From NCBI RefSeq assembly GCF_006345805.1, contig NC_042997.1:43772001-43836000 (forward strand): a DNA stretch of 64,000 nt. Direction: 5' to 3'. The first letter of the stretch is position 1. Each line of letters starts with the position of its first letter. The notes under the pieces were generated by a model, which worked only from the letters and a program-made list of their open reading frames with translations, searched no databases and had not been told where the DNA came from. Source of the stretch: Octopus sinensis (taxonomy: Eukaryota). Below, piece after piece: positions 26,171 to 39,000 of the stretch. Made by a program: the position numbers and the translations under genes.

Positions 26171-29100
26171 TGTGTTCTTAAAAAGAATAGAAGTGAAATT
26201 TTCCTCTTGGAGAAAGAAAAAAATCCTAGCAGCATTTGTTAACAACTTACAAAGTTAATGGGTGGAATTCCAATAAATTAAGAATTATTTCAAATAGATT
26301 TTATTCTCATGCTTAATGAGAATGGTAAAAGGAATAGATGTCTCCCTCTCTCTCTCTCTGTCTTTGTCTGTCTCTCCCCCTCTCTTTCTTTTTCCCTCTT
26401 TCTCTTCATGTACTTTTACAGGTGTGGAGCTCTATGCCATATTCTGATTATTTATGACTTTTGGCAGGTGGAAATATTTCCTTTTGAAGTTAAGACAATA
26501 AATCCACTTGATCACTGATAGGTTTTTATATATGGTAAAAGTAATGTAAATTGTTTTTGGCGGCAACAGTTCACATAACAAAAAAAGTGAACTAAGGGAA
26601 ACAACTCAAATAAGCCAATGGCATGGATTAATATCAATCAAATTTAAATTCATAAAAAATTTTTTCAGAAATAAAAAAAAATTTTCATGTTACTTTGAGA
26701 AAACAACCAGAAACTTAGCAGCATTCATTAGTCATTCACAAAGAAAGAGAGAGATAATTAAAATAAATTAAGAATTAGTTAAAAGTAATCATCGTAATTT
26801 GATGGCATAAAAGATGCACAGACATCTTAAATGCACCCCATTGTAAGTAGATTATATTTCAGGTAAAATGTTTTTTAGTGCATTAAAGTACGTAGTAATA
26901 ACCCAGTTTGACTTATAGGGCCCAGGGGGATTTTTTTTTTTTTGCGCCCTATTTTGGTGGGGGGAAAATATGTTTTCTTGTATGCTATGATATATGGTAA
27001 TTCTCACGCTTAATGAGAAAACCTGACCTTTGTGATGACAATGGATATGTTTTTGGTATCATCTATTTCTTCACTACCCACAAGGGGCTAAACACAGAGG
27101 GGACAAACAAGGACAGACAAACGGATTAAGTCGATTACATCGACTCTAGTGCGTAACTGGTACTTAATTTATCGACCCCGAAAGGATGAAAGGCAAAGTC
27201 GCCTCGGTGGAATTTGAACTTAGAACGTAACAGCAGACGAAATGCGACTACGCATTTCGCCCGGCATGCTAACCATTCTGCCAGCTCGCCGCCTTCATCC
27301 AGCTCGCTGCCTTCATTTTTTTGGTATCATTGAGTAGTGTGTCATAGACACAAAATGGTATCTATTTCTAGATGCATCTACAAATACTGTGATGTCAGCT
27401 CTCTTATCTCTTTCTTTCTCCATCATTCACCTCCCCCCCTCACCTCTCTCTCCCTCTCTCTCCCTTTCCCTTTTCACTTTAATTTAAACCAGTCTTCGCT
27501 GTTCTTTCAGTCTTCCTTACATGTAAACCAAAATACATTTTATGTTCTCTTAGCAATGTAGTTACTCTAAGCAATGAATGTACCTTTAGCAATTTTGTAC
27601 CTGCTGAAGAATGGCAGCCAGATTTTTATGAGAATGCACTGCAGAATTCCTTCTTGTGATGTGACATTAGTTTTGTCTACTTCTAGGATTTCTCTTCAAA
27701 GTCATTTGTTTTCTGCTACACTTTACTTTGGCTGTAATACTCAAGAACTGGTTAGGAACACCACAGACAGACAAACTGACTGATTATAACTATGCAGGTT
27801 CACACCCATGCGATCACAATATCGCATGTAAATGGTGAAAATCAAAACCAACCTTGAATTATTAATTTCTAAATGCATATTTTTCTTGTTTATTATTATT
27901 ACACACATTAACTTCCCAATAAATTACAATTTATTATTATTACTTACTTACATTGGGGTGCATTTATTATTTTTTGTCATTATCATTTCATCCCCAGATG
28001 AAACTCATAGTTGCAGTGTGCCAAATGGTATTAGATTAATCTGTAATTTCTAATTCCTCCTTCACTTTATCATCATCATCATCATTGTCACCATCATCAA
28101 CACCAGGATTATTATCACTTTTTGGCAACATCAGTACATGATACTAACATCACTATCATCATCATTGGCAACATCATCAACATCACTATCATCATCATTG
28201 GCAACATCAGTATTGTTGCTGCTAGTTGTTGTCACTATTTATTGTTCTATATATTTTCAATTTAACTATGTCTCTGTCTGTCTGTCTGTCTCTTTCCCAC
28301 TCTCCACCCCTCTCTCTCTCTCTGTCTCTATATATATAGGTGCAGGAGTGGCTGTGTGGTAAGTAGCTTGCTTACCAACCACATGGTTCTGGGTTCAGTC
28401 TCATTGCATGGCACCTTGGGCAAGTGTCTTCTACTATAGCCTCGGGCTGACCAAAGCCTTGTGAGTGGATTTAGTAGAAGGAAACTGAAAGAAGCCTGTC
28501 GTATATATGTGTGTGCATGTATATGTTTGTGTGTCTGTGTTTGTACCCCCAATATTGCTTGACAACCAATGCTGGTGTGTTTACATCTCTGTAACTTAGT
28601 GGTTTGGCAAAAGAGACCGATAGAATAAGTCCTGGGGGTTGATTTGCTCATGAGTGGGGTGAAGAAAGTGATAAATTAATTGCTCAAGTTTTCATAATTT
28701 AAGACATGAATCCCTTAAGGGTTTTAGTCTGACTCGGTTCAAGTAGGGGGTGAAATTAACATTGTAAAGGAAATGGAAATTAACCCCCATCTCTGCCGGT
28801 GCTCCTCATCATACATGTATTTGTACTTTGTTATGGAAGACACCTGGTCCCTCAGCTATTACCACTAAATGGCTTAACATATCTGATGGAATAGGGTTCA
28901 GGTCTATCACCCATGAAGTCAACCAAGTAATGTAGAAAACTATGGCATGGTATCCACAACTGGATACTCTTCCTAATGCCAACCACTTAACTGCATAGAC
29001 TGAGTGCATTTTTCATGCCATCAGCATTAGTGAGATTCCTGTGCAGCTTGCAAAACTACGAACTCCAACAGAGGCAAATTCATACTAGGAGATGAGAGGT

Positions 29101-30193
29101 TAAAGAGGCAGGAGCAGAAGAGGTTAAATTTTAGAAGAAGGGGAAGCGATAAAAATAATAGTGATGAGATACGAAGTGAGTAGGAACAGAGGAACCAGGA
29201 GTGTGGGTGAACAGGGGTTGCAAGACTATAAGGAATGGGTGAGGGAGGTATGTGAATATAATGAATGAAGAACAAGTGTTGAGGGGTGGGTGGAATGAAT
29301 GATGGATAAGGGGTGTGGGTGTCCAATGCTGCATAAGGGTAAATAGTAATGTTGACAGGGGAAGGACGAGTGTGAGAGATGTAGATGACATATGGTTGAG
29401 TATACTGCCAGAGTAGGGTCTGCCTGTTAGTCTACTTCTGATTCCCTTCTACCTCTAGTGTATCCACAACTTGCAATGGGTATTGTGTATGGAGTTTATA
29501 TCCATGTCAAGTCATATTAAGCAAAGCTATTTCCCTGAGAAGGCAAGATCCCATTTCCCTTACTAACCTCCATCTTTGCTAAGTTGTTTACCTTAAGACC
29601 TCCCAAATCTAGTTATAGCTTCCAAACCTGGAATTTTCTCTCTAATTCCTCTACAGATTGAACTATGAGAACTAAACAATCAGTATATAAGAGTTCCCAT
29701 GGACATCCAGTCTTAAAAAACTCCTCTCTGATTGCCTGTTGGACTATGATGAATAGGAGGGGACTGAGGACTAAACCTTGATGGACTCATGCCCACATGC
29801 GAAATTTGTCCCTGAAATCATTGTTGACTTTCACTTATTGCATCTTTATAGTTATTCACCTACACCTAGTTTCCTTACTAACCACCAAGTTATTGGGTGA
29901 GGTACCCTATCAAATACCTTCTCCATGCCAATATATCTCTGCTCTCCTACTGCAAGGCACCTGTTCCTGTTGCCTTATCATACTTCCACTACTCATCACT
30001 CAGCATAAAGCTACCTCCCTCGATACTCTTCCTCTCCTGTTAATATGGTTTTGTCATGTCACTTGGTAATCTCACTAGTGCCGTTACCATGTAAAACCTA
30101 CCCAGTACACCCTGTCAGGTATTTGACGTTAAGAAGAGCATTCAGCCTTAGGAACCATGTCAAGTCTGACGTTGGAGCTTGACACAGTTCTTT

Positions 30194-30226
<33 letters not shown>

Positions 30227-33200
30227 TCCTGTTGAACTGTCTAAACCAGCATGACAAACAGATGTTAAATGATGATGATAATGATTGGGTCTGTGTTATT
30301 AAATGGGTGATATTTTGGTATTTAGATAGTGTTCTGGTGTGCATTTTATATAATGTTTCTGTATGGTTTAGTCAGAGAGGAAAGCCTGTATCTGTTGCAC
30401 TAGAGTAGACCCCAGGAGACAACCCAGTGGTTAGCTGAAGGTGATGGATTAAGATTACCTTAAAGGACATAGGGGCTGTTTATATGAAACAAAGACTGGT
30501 TAGGCTTCTAAACTATTTCTGTCTATTCAGTTTCACTCACAATGCTTAGATTGACTCTAGATTATAAATAATAAATGTGCCCTTTTAAAGCCTAGCCAGG
30601 CCCATGCGCCCGGTTTCCCAGTTTTCATGGCGTATGTGTTCCCCAGCTGGACGGGATGCCAGTCCATCACAGCGTTACTCATTTTTGCCAGCTGAGTGGA
30701 CTGGAGCAACGTGAAATGAGGTGTTTTGCTCAAGAACACAACAGTCCAGGAATCGAAACCACAATCTTACAATCATGATGCTGACACTCTGACCACTAAG
30801 CCACGTGCCTCCACGACTCTAGATTATAGTAGAAGTCATTTGTCCAAAGAGACACACTGTAACATTGAACCTGTAACCTGAGGATTACAAACAAGCTTCT
30901 GAACCATTCAGTCATGCTTGATGTGTTTATGTGTTTGTTGTTGGTTGTGGCAACTCATTTAGTCATTGCCAACCACATGCCAAATAACTTTATGATTAAT
31001 TAATGCTGTTGATATTGATGTCTTGGGAAGAAAATGAAAGCAGCTGAATGATATATAATTAGCTTTCGAAAGGTCACTCATGTTTTAGTAAAAGATATAT
31101 TCTCATCTATACAAACAGTATTTTCAATACTACTCTATTTTACATTGTAAAAATAGCATGAGATTAGCATGTTTTGCTAGTATCACTGTTCTTTAATTCG
31201 CTAACGTAAACAATTAAAGTGTCAGTTTGATCATACGTGGGTTGTTCAATGTAGGCAGATTTAAGAAACTCATTCAGATGAGTGGTTTAATTTATGTAGC
31301 TGCTATAATACACAGGCAGTGGAGCTTATCTTATAAATGTTTTTAAATGAATGACCGGGGTAGTGGTGATGAATAATAACAATAAGATTCATCATCATCA
31401 TCACATTATCATCATCATCATCACATTGTCATAATTATTGTTGTTATTGCTAAGGGAGGGAGCTGGCAGAATTCAAACTATGTCAAACAAAATGCTTAGT
31501 TGCCTTTTTTCCAGCTCTTTATGTTCCAAGTTCAAATACTGCCATGGTCAACTTTGCTTTTTATTCTTCAGGGTCAGTAAAATAGAATACAAGTCAAGTA
31601 TTGGGGTTCATGTATTTGACTAACCCCATCCCTGCTAAAATTGCTGACCTTGTGCCAAATTTTGAAACAGTTGTTGTTGTTGTTAAAGCAACACACTGGC
31701 AGACTTGTTAGAGCATCTGAAAAAATGCTTTACAATATTTCTTCCAGTTCTTTGCATTCTGAGTTCAAATCTTATTCAGGTCAACTTTACCTTTCTTCCT
31801 TTTGAGAGTCTTTTACTCTTTTACTTGTTTCAGTCATTTGACTGTGATCATGCTGGAGCACCGCCTTTAGTCGAGCAACTCGACCCCAGGACTTATTCTT
31901 TGTAAGCCTAGTACTTATTCTATCGGTCTCTTTTGCCAAACCACTAAGTTACAGGGACATAAACACACCAGCATCGGTTGTCAAGCGATGTTGGGGAGAC
32001 AAATACAGACACACAAACATATACACACATGTACATATATACATATATACGACAGGCTTCTTTCAGTTTCCGTCTACCAAATCCACTCACAAGGCTTTGG
32101 TCGGCCCGAGGCTATAGTAGAAGACACTTGCCCAAGGTGCCAAGCAGTGGGACTGAACCCGGAACCATGTGGTTGGTAAACAAGCAACTTACCACACAGC
32201 CACTCCTATGCCTGTTGATTGTTGAAATAAAGTACCAGTCAAGTTCTGGGGTGATGGTACCAACTAAATCCACCTTTCAAAATCACAGGCCTTGTATTTA
32301 AATCAAGAACCATTATTATTGTTGTCATTATTGTTATTGCCCTTCAGGGATCAACAAAATAAAGTACTGGGTGGGGGTGGGGGAATCAACTGTTCCTCTC
32401 CCACTAAATTTCTGGCGTTGTATCTGTATTAGAAACTTTTTTTCTGGCTCTTATTGTTCTGATTTCAAATAATGCTGAGATTAACTTTGCCTTTCATCCC
32501 TCCAGGGTTGATAAAATAAAGTACCCGTCAAATACTGAGATTGATGGCATCAGCCAATTCTCAGCCCTTAAACATTACTGGCTGTGTCCCTAGTTCAGAA
32601 CCATTACCTTTCACAACAACTCACTGCAAGCTCCTCATCAGCACTTGTGTTCCCTAGCTATGTGCAACTATTGTTACCTCTGCCTTAGTGAAGGGGGGGA
32701 GCTATTGCTTTCTGTCGTGTTTGTCTGTCTGGGGACAAGATATTTCAAGAACCGCTGGATGGATTCGGATTAAACTTTCAGGGATGTTTCGCCTCATGAC
32801 TAGCACAAGCTGATTAGATTTTGGGATCAATCTGGTACAAGACAAGAATTCTGGATTACTTTTCCTCTTTTTTTTACTTAATCTTTGCAAGTGGTCATCA
32901 TTTTTAGTATTCTTGTAGGAGCACTCCGTCGGTTTCGACGATGAAGGTCCCAGCTGATACGATCAACGGAACAGCTTGCTCGTGATATTAACGTGTAAGT
33001 GGCTGAGCACTCCACAGACACATGTACCCTTAACGTAGTTCTCGGGGATATTCAGCGTGACACAGAGTGTGACAAGGCCAGCCCTTTGAAATACAGGTAC
33101 AAGAGAAACAGGAAGAAAGAGCGAGAGAAAGTTGTGGTGAAAGAGTACAGCAGGGTTCACCACCATCCCCTGCCGGAGCCACGTGGAGCTTTAGGTGTTT

Positions 33201-35975
33201 TCGCTCAATAAACATTCATAATGCCCGGTCTGGGAATCGAAACCGCGATCCTCCGACCGCAAGTCCGCTGCCCTAACCACTGGGCCATTGCGCCTCCACA
33301 GTATTCTTGTATGTGAGAGCAATTGAGTTTATTTCAGATATTCTCATTTTAAAAATCATTTCCAGCTAATTGTTGAGAAGATGTTGGTGTTACCTTGGTG
33401 GAGGTTTGCGCTCTCTGAGTGCTCTTGTTATTATTATTATTATGGAAAAGGCAGTGAGCTGGCAGAATTGTGAGCATGCTGGATGAAATGCTTAGCAGTA
33501 TTTTGCCTGTTGCTATGTTCTGAGTTCAAGTTCCACCAAGGTTGACTTTGCCTTTCATCCTTTCGGGGTCGGTAAATTAAATACCAGTGAAACACTAGGG
33601 TCAATGTGATCAACTAGTCCTCTACCCAACAATTTCAGGTCTTGTACCTTTAGTAGAAAGGATCATTATCACCATCATCATCATCAACTTTGAGTTCAGT
33701 CCACCCTGGGCTGGTTTAGCATTCCATTTCTTCAGAGTATAGCCATTCCACTATATCCCTATTCCCCTACTCTACACAGTTGTGACCTCATTATAAGAGC
33801 TAAAATGTGAAGCATGGCTGAGTGGTTAAGAAGTTTGATTCCCAACATGTGATTTTAGGTTCTGTTCGACTGCATGGTACCTTGGACAAGTGTCTTGGAC
33901 TTGGGCTAATCAAACTCTTGTAAATTTGTTAAATGGAAACTGAAAGAAGCCCATTGTGTACGTGTGTGTGTGTCTCCTTGTCTTGACATCATGTGAAAAT
34001 TGTGTACAAGGGTTACAATCATACAAGTGGTATCCTTTGTTTCAAATGTTCTATAAAAGCATGTTTGGACATAACAAAATATTATCTTGTTTGGAAGCAG
34101 GTGATGGTCAGTGACTGGAAGGACATCCAGCGATAGAAAATCTGCCTCTACAAATTCTGTCTGACCCCTGCAAGAATGCCAAAATGAACATTAAAACAAT
34201 GGTGATATGATGATGATGATGATAATGAGGAATGTTTTTATAGCAATAATTTCTAATCTGTCTTATAATTGATTCTGACAGAAATAATGGAGATGCCAGA
34301 TAAAGATTTACGATACTGATTTTCCTTTGTATATTTTGAGTTCAAATACCACTGGGGGTGACTTTCACTTTCATCGCCTGAGGTTTGATAAACTAATATC
34401 AGGCAGATCCTGGAGTCCAAATTGGTAAACCTTGTGCCGAGATGAGAAACCAGACCTATCACTATCTGGCAGCAGCTGTTGTACTACTATTTACATTGTT
34501 GCAGCTGTTCTGCTATTATTTATACCCCATCAATTATTTATGTCATTATTTAGGCATCGACTGTACTACGGTATTATTTATATATAAAAAAAAAATGCTA
34601 TTTTGTCATGTAAATTACAGATAATTAATAAGATTGAAAAATGAAAGTTAGAGATCCTCTTTCTTTTTGATTGTTCTCTTTCTCTCTATTTCAATTAATT
34701 AATTGCCTGAATCTGTCCTCATAAGCTTGGTTCAATCAATCATATATTATACTCAAGCTGTCAGCTTCAAGGTTCAGTTGTTCCAATGTTATCCCCAGTA
34801 GAATAAATCATCATAATCATCATCATCATCGTTTAACGTCCGTTTTCCATGCTAGCATGGGTTGGACGGTTTGACTGGGGTCTGGGAAGCCAGGAGGCTG
34901 CACCAGGCTCCAGTCTGATCTGGCAGAGTTTCTACAGCTGGATGCCCTTCCTAACACCAACCACTCTGTGAGTGTGATGAGTGCTTTTTACATGTCACCA
35001 ACACAGACGCCAGTCAGGCATCGCTGGCATCGGCCACGTTCGGATGCTGCTTTTTATGTGCCACCAGCACGGGTATCATAACTACAATATCCATTTGATT
35101 TTTGTTTTGATGTTGACATACTTGACTCAATAGGTCTCCTCAAGCACAGCGGGTCACCCTACAATCCAAGGTTAGCACAGCAGGCCGTCCTGCAAGCCAT
35201 GAACTCACTTCATTTGTTGGGTCTTCACAGTCACAGCATATCTCAGAGGTCTCGGTCTTTTGTCATTGCCTCTGTGAGGCCAGCATGCCACCAGCACGAG
35301 TATCACAACTACAATATCCATTCGATTTTTATTTTGATGTTGATGTATTTGACTCACCAGGTCTCCTCAAGCACAGCAGGTCGCCCTGCAATCCAAGAAT
35401 TATTGTTGGTGTACACATGAATATGATTTCAGGTTCAGTCCCACTGCATAGCAGCTCAAGAATGTGACTTGTTTTATAGCTTGGGCTGACCAATGCTTTG
35501 TGAGTGAATTTAGCAGATGGAAACTTTACAAAACCCGTTGTGTGTGTGATGTGTGGTTTGTGTGTCTGTCAGTGTGAAAGTTTGCATTTCTGAGGACAGC
35601 TGAGCTATGGATGGAATGTTTGTCAACTAATCACCTGGTAGTTGTGCTTTCAAAGATGATTGTAATGAAGGCTCTCTGGCTCTCTTAGGTTAGCAAAAGA
35701 AAAGCATCCAACTGTAAAACAACATCTCAGTTATATGTACTCCTCTAACCAATGCTGGCTTAGAAGAATGAGCCTTATAACAAAAATATTGAAGAAAATA
35801 TTAATAAGCAGGAGTGGCTGTGTGGTAAGTGGCTTGCATGCCAACCACATGGTTCCGGGTTCAGTCCCACTGCGTGGCATCTTGGGCAAGTGTCTTCTAC
35901 TATAGCCTCGGGCCAACCAAAGCCTTGTGAGTGGATTTGGTAGACGGAAACTGAAAGAAGCCTGTCGTATATATG

Positions 35976-36006
<31 letters not shown>

Positions 36007-39000
36007 TTGTGTGTCTGTATTTGTCCTCCTAGCATTGCTTGACAACTGATGCTGGTGTGTTTACGTCCCCGTCACTTAGCGGTTCGGCAAAAGAGACCGA
36101 TAGAATAAGTACTGGGCTTACAAAGAGTAAGTCCCGGGGTCGAGTTGCTCGACTAAAGGCGGTGCTCCAGCATGGCCGCAGTCAAATGACTGAAACAAGT
36201 AAAACAGTAAAGAGTAAAAGAGTAAGCATAATTCAACTTCTATGAGTGCAAGATGCAACGTGCAGCTGTTGTTTTGTCAGTTTATAGTGTTGCAATGTTG
36301 TACTCAAATCTTCTCATGCATAAGTAGAACCACCAACAGTATTACTGGCTAAGACGCAAAAATAAGAAATCCCTAGTGCCTACTTATTTATATGAGTATT
36401 ATGGGTTTAACCAATATTGTTTATATTTATTGTAGCTGTATCTCAGGAGAGTAAATTTGCACTGGTTTTATTTCAATTCTTTATCATTATTTGCTTTTTA
36501 TCTTTTTGTGTCAGTCTGATCGGGTACAGTCTGATCTGGCAAGTTATGAGGAAATAAACAATCTTCCAAATTGCGGCAGCCAAAAGTTAAGGGTCACTTA
36601 GAAAAAATGAACTACTAACTTAGGTATTTGTTGTTAAGAATTCTGTTGATGTGCTAATAGTTACTGCTTATGATCTTACATTATTGGAACGTTCAGCTGT
36701 TAACATGGTGGCTTGTGAGAGATGACCAGTGTCCTTTGATGAAAAACAAAGGAATGTGTGCCCTCACCAAGAGGGCACATCCAATTCTGTTATAGCAACT
36801 ACTGTAGGAAGGTCTACAAGTGTTGTGCAATGAATTGTAGCTCATTTTAAGTCATCAGAATCAACAGATGCTAAACCCAAAACTGGCAGACCTAATAAAA
36901 CTCAACCAAGACAGGATTGTATTATGGTTAAAATGTCACTGAAGGACAGGTTTAAGAGTGCTGCAGCGATATCCCATGAGTTTAGCTCCACTTCTGATGT
37001 CAGTTTCTCAGAAGGTACAAGGTTCTGGGTTGCTTGCTCAGACACTGGCAAAGAAACCTCTGATCTCCAAGAAGAATCAAAGAGCCTGTCTTCGTTTCGC
37101 TCACGAACTTCATTTAGACAGAAGAATAGTGGTCACAAGTTCATTTTAGCAATGAATCGATATTTAATGTGATTTGTTCCGATGGCAGGATGTACATCCA
37201 ACAAAGAAGTGGTGAAAGGTTATCTCCTGCATGTGTGAAGAAGAATTGAAATATGGAGGAGGCAGTGTAATGGTATGGAGGGTGATCTCTGCTGCTGGTT
37301 CTGGTCCACTTATTCACCTACAAAGGACTGCCAATGCTGAACTCTACAAGCAGATTCTTAGACAGCATGCCCTTCCACACCTCCGATCCTCGTCAGCTCA
37401 ACCTCCTATCTTTGTGCAGGACAACACTCTGTCATACCGTGAAGAGAGTCAAAGATTTTTTGAGTGATGAAGGAGTTGATCTCATGGTCTGGCCACCTCA
37501 AAGTCCTGATCTCAACCCTATAAAAAACGTTTGGAAGATTATTTGAGATGGAATGCAAAGGAGAAATCCAAAGAACCAAGATGAACTCTGGGAATTGTTG
37601 AAAAACGAATGGAACAATATTACTCCATCATTTTACAAGAAATTAATTTAGTCCTGTGGTAACAGATGTCAGGAGGTCATTGGTAGTAAAGGGACGTTCA
37701 CAAAATATTAATAGAAAGGGTTTCTTTTTCTGTTCTTGTTCCATTCTTCATTATTTTTCTAAGTGACTTTTGGCCATGCAATTTGGAAGATTATTTGTTT
37801 TTTTCCTCATAACTTATGAAATATTCCATACACTTGAAATTTTCACAAAAGATAGATATTAGATATATCTAAATATCTAAATATGTGTAAAATATCTAGT
37901 CTCAATGTTTTGTTAATCTTCTATTATAAATATTTCAATACACTTGTTTTTACTGACCCTCATATTATGGCCACTGCCGTACATTTATTAAATTCTAATG
38001 ACATTTGAATTAAAAAATATTGGGCATTAAATTAGACACCCCAAATTATCTAATTTGATTTTCCTAATAATGATTTCTAGTATAGGAATATGGCCATGAA
38101 TTTTAGGAAATAATAATGATGAAAAAGGGCAAAAAAAAACACACACACAACTTTTGGTTACAGAAAGAGTTGATTAGATAAAAGGCAAAGTCAAACTCAA
38201 AAAAAGGCTTTAACACAAAATTTTACTAAACACCACAAAAAATACTTTTTAGTTCACTGCTCTACCATTTCTGACAAACTATGCATAAAGTCACTTTACA
38301 AGTGTGGTCTTTATAAAAAAATGAAAAGATCTCTGGTCATTGTGAGATAATTATTAAATAGATATTAAAGAAATTGGGGAAGCTTGATGGTTTGAGAAAG
38401 ATTTTGAAAAGCACTTTATAAATATTACATCATTGTATGAATGAGACCATCAGATGCATTTATACAGCATTGTCTCATTTCGAAGATGTTCTCTTAATGA
38501 TATTCTTAGCATGGATCTTTCCATGGCCTTTTGCATTGTGGCCAATTGATGTTCTATCCTCTTCATAGTAACCCACATCTCACTTGCATACAAGAGCACA
38601 GATAGGACAGTGCCAGTAAAGGGTCTGGCACATAGGGTATTGCCTAGCTTTGTTTTGAGTACACCCTTTATTGAGTTAAATGCCTTCCATCATGAAACTA
38701 TTCTCTGAGATTCCAGCATCCATATCTTGGTGCATATTCACTTCGTGCCCTAAGTAGATGTACTCCTTTGTGGAGGCGCAATGGCCCAGTGGTTAGGGCA
38801 GCGGACTCGCGGTCGTAGGATCGCGGTTTCGATTCCCAGACCGGGCGTTGTGAGTGTTTATTGAGCAAAAACACCTAAAAAGCTCCACGAGGCTCCAGCA
38901 GGGGATGGTGGTGATCCCTGCTGTACTCTTTCACCACAACTTTCTCTCACTCTTACTTCCTGTTTCTGTTGTACCTGTATTTCGAAGGGCCAGCCTTGTC

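Noticed and set aside
38770-38845. tRNA genes at SINE heads
   Set aside because: The A and B boxes run directly into SINE bodies bounded by TSDs, so these are tRNA-derived promoters, not tRNA genes.
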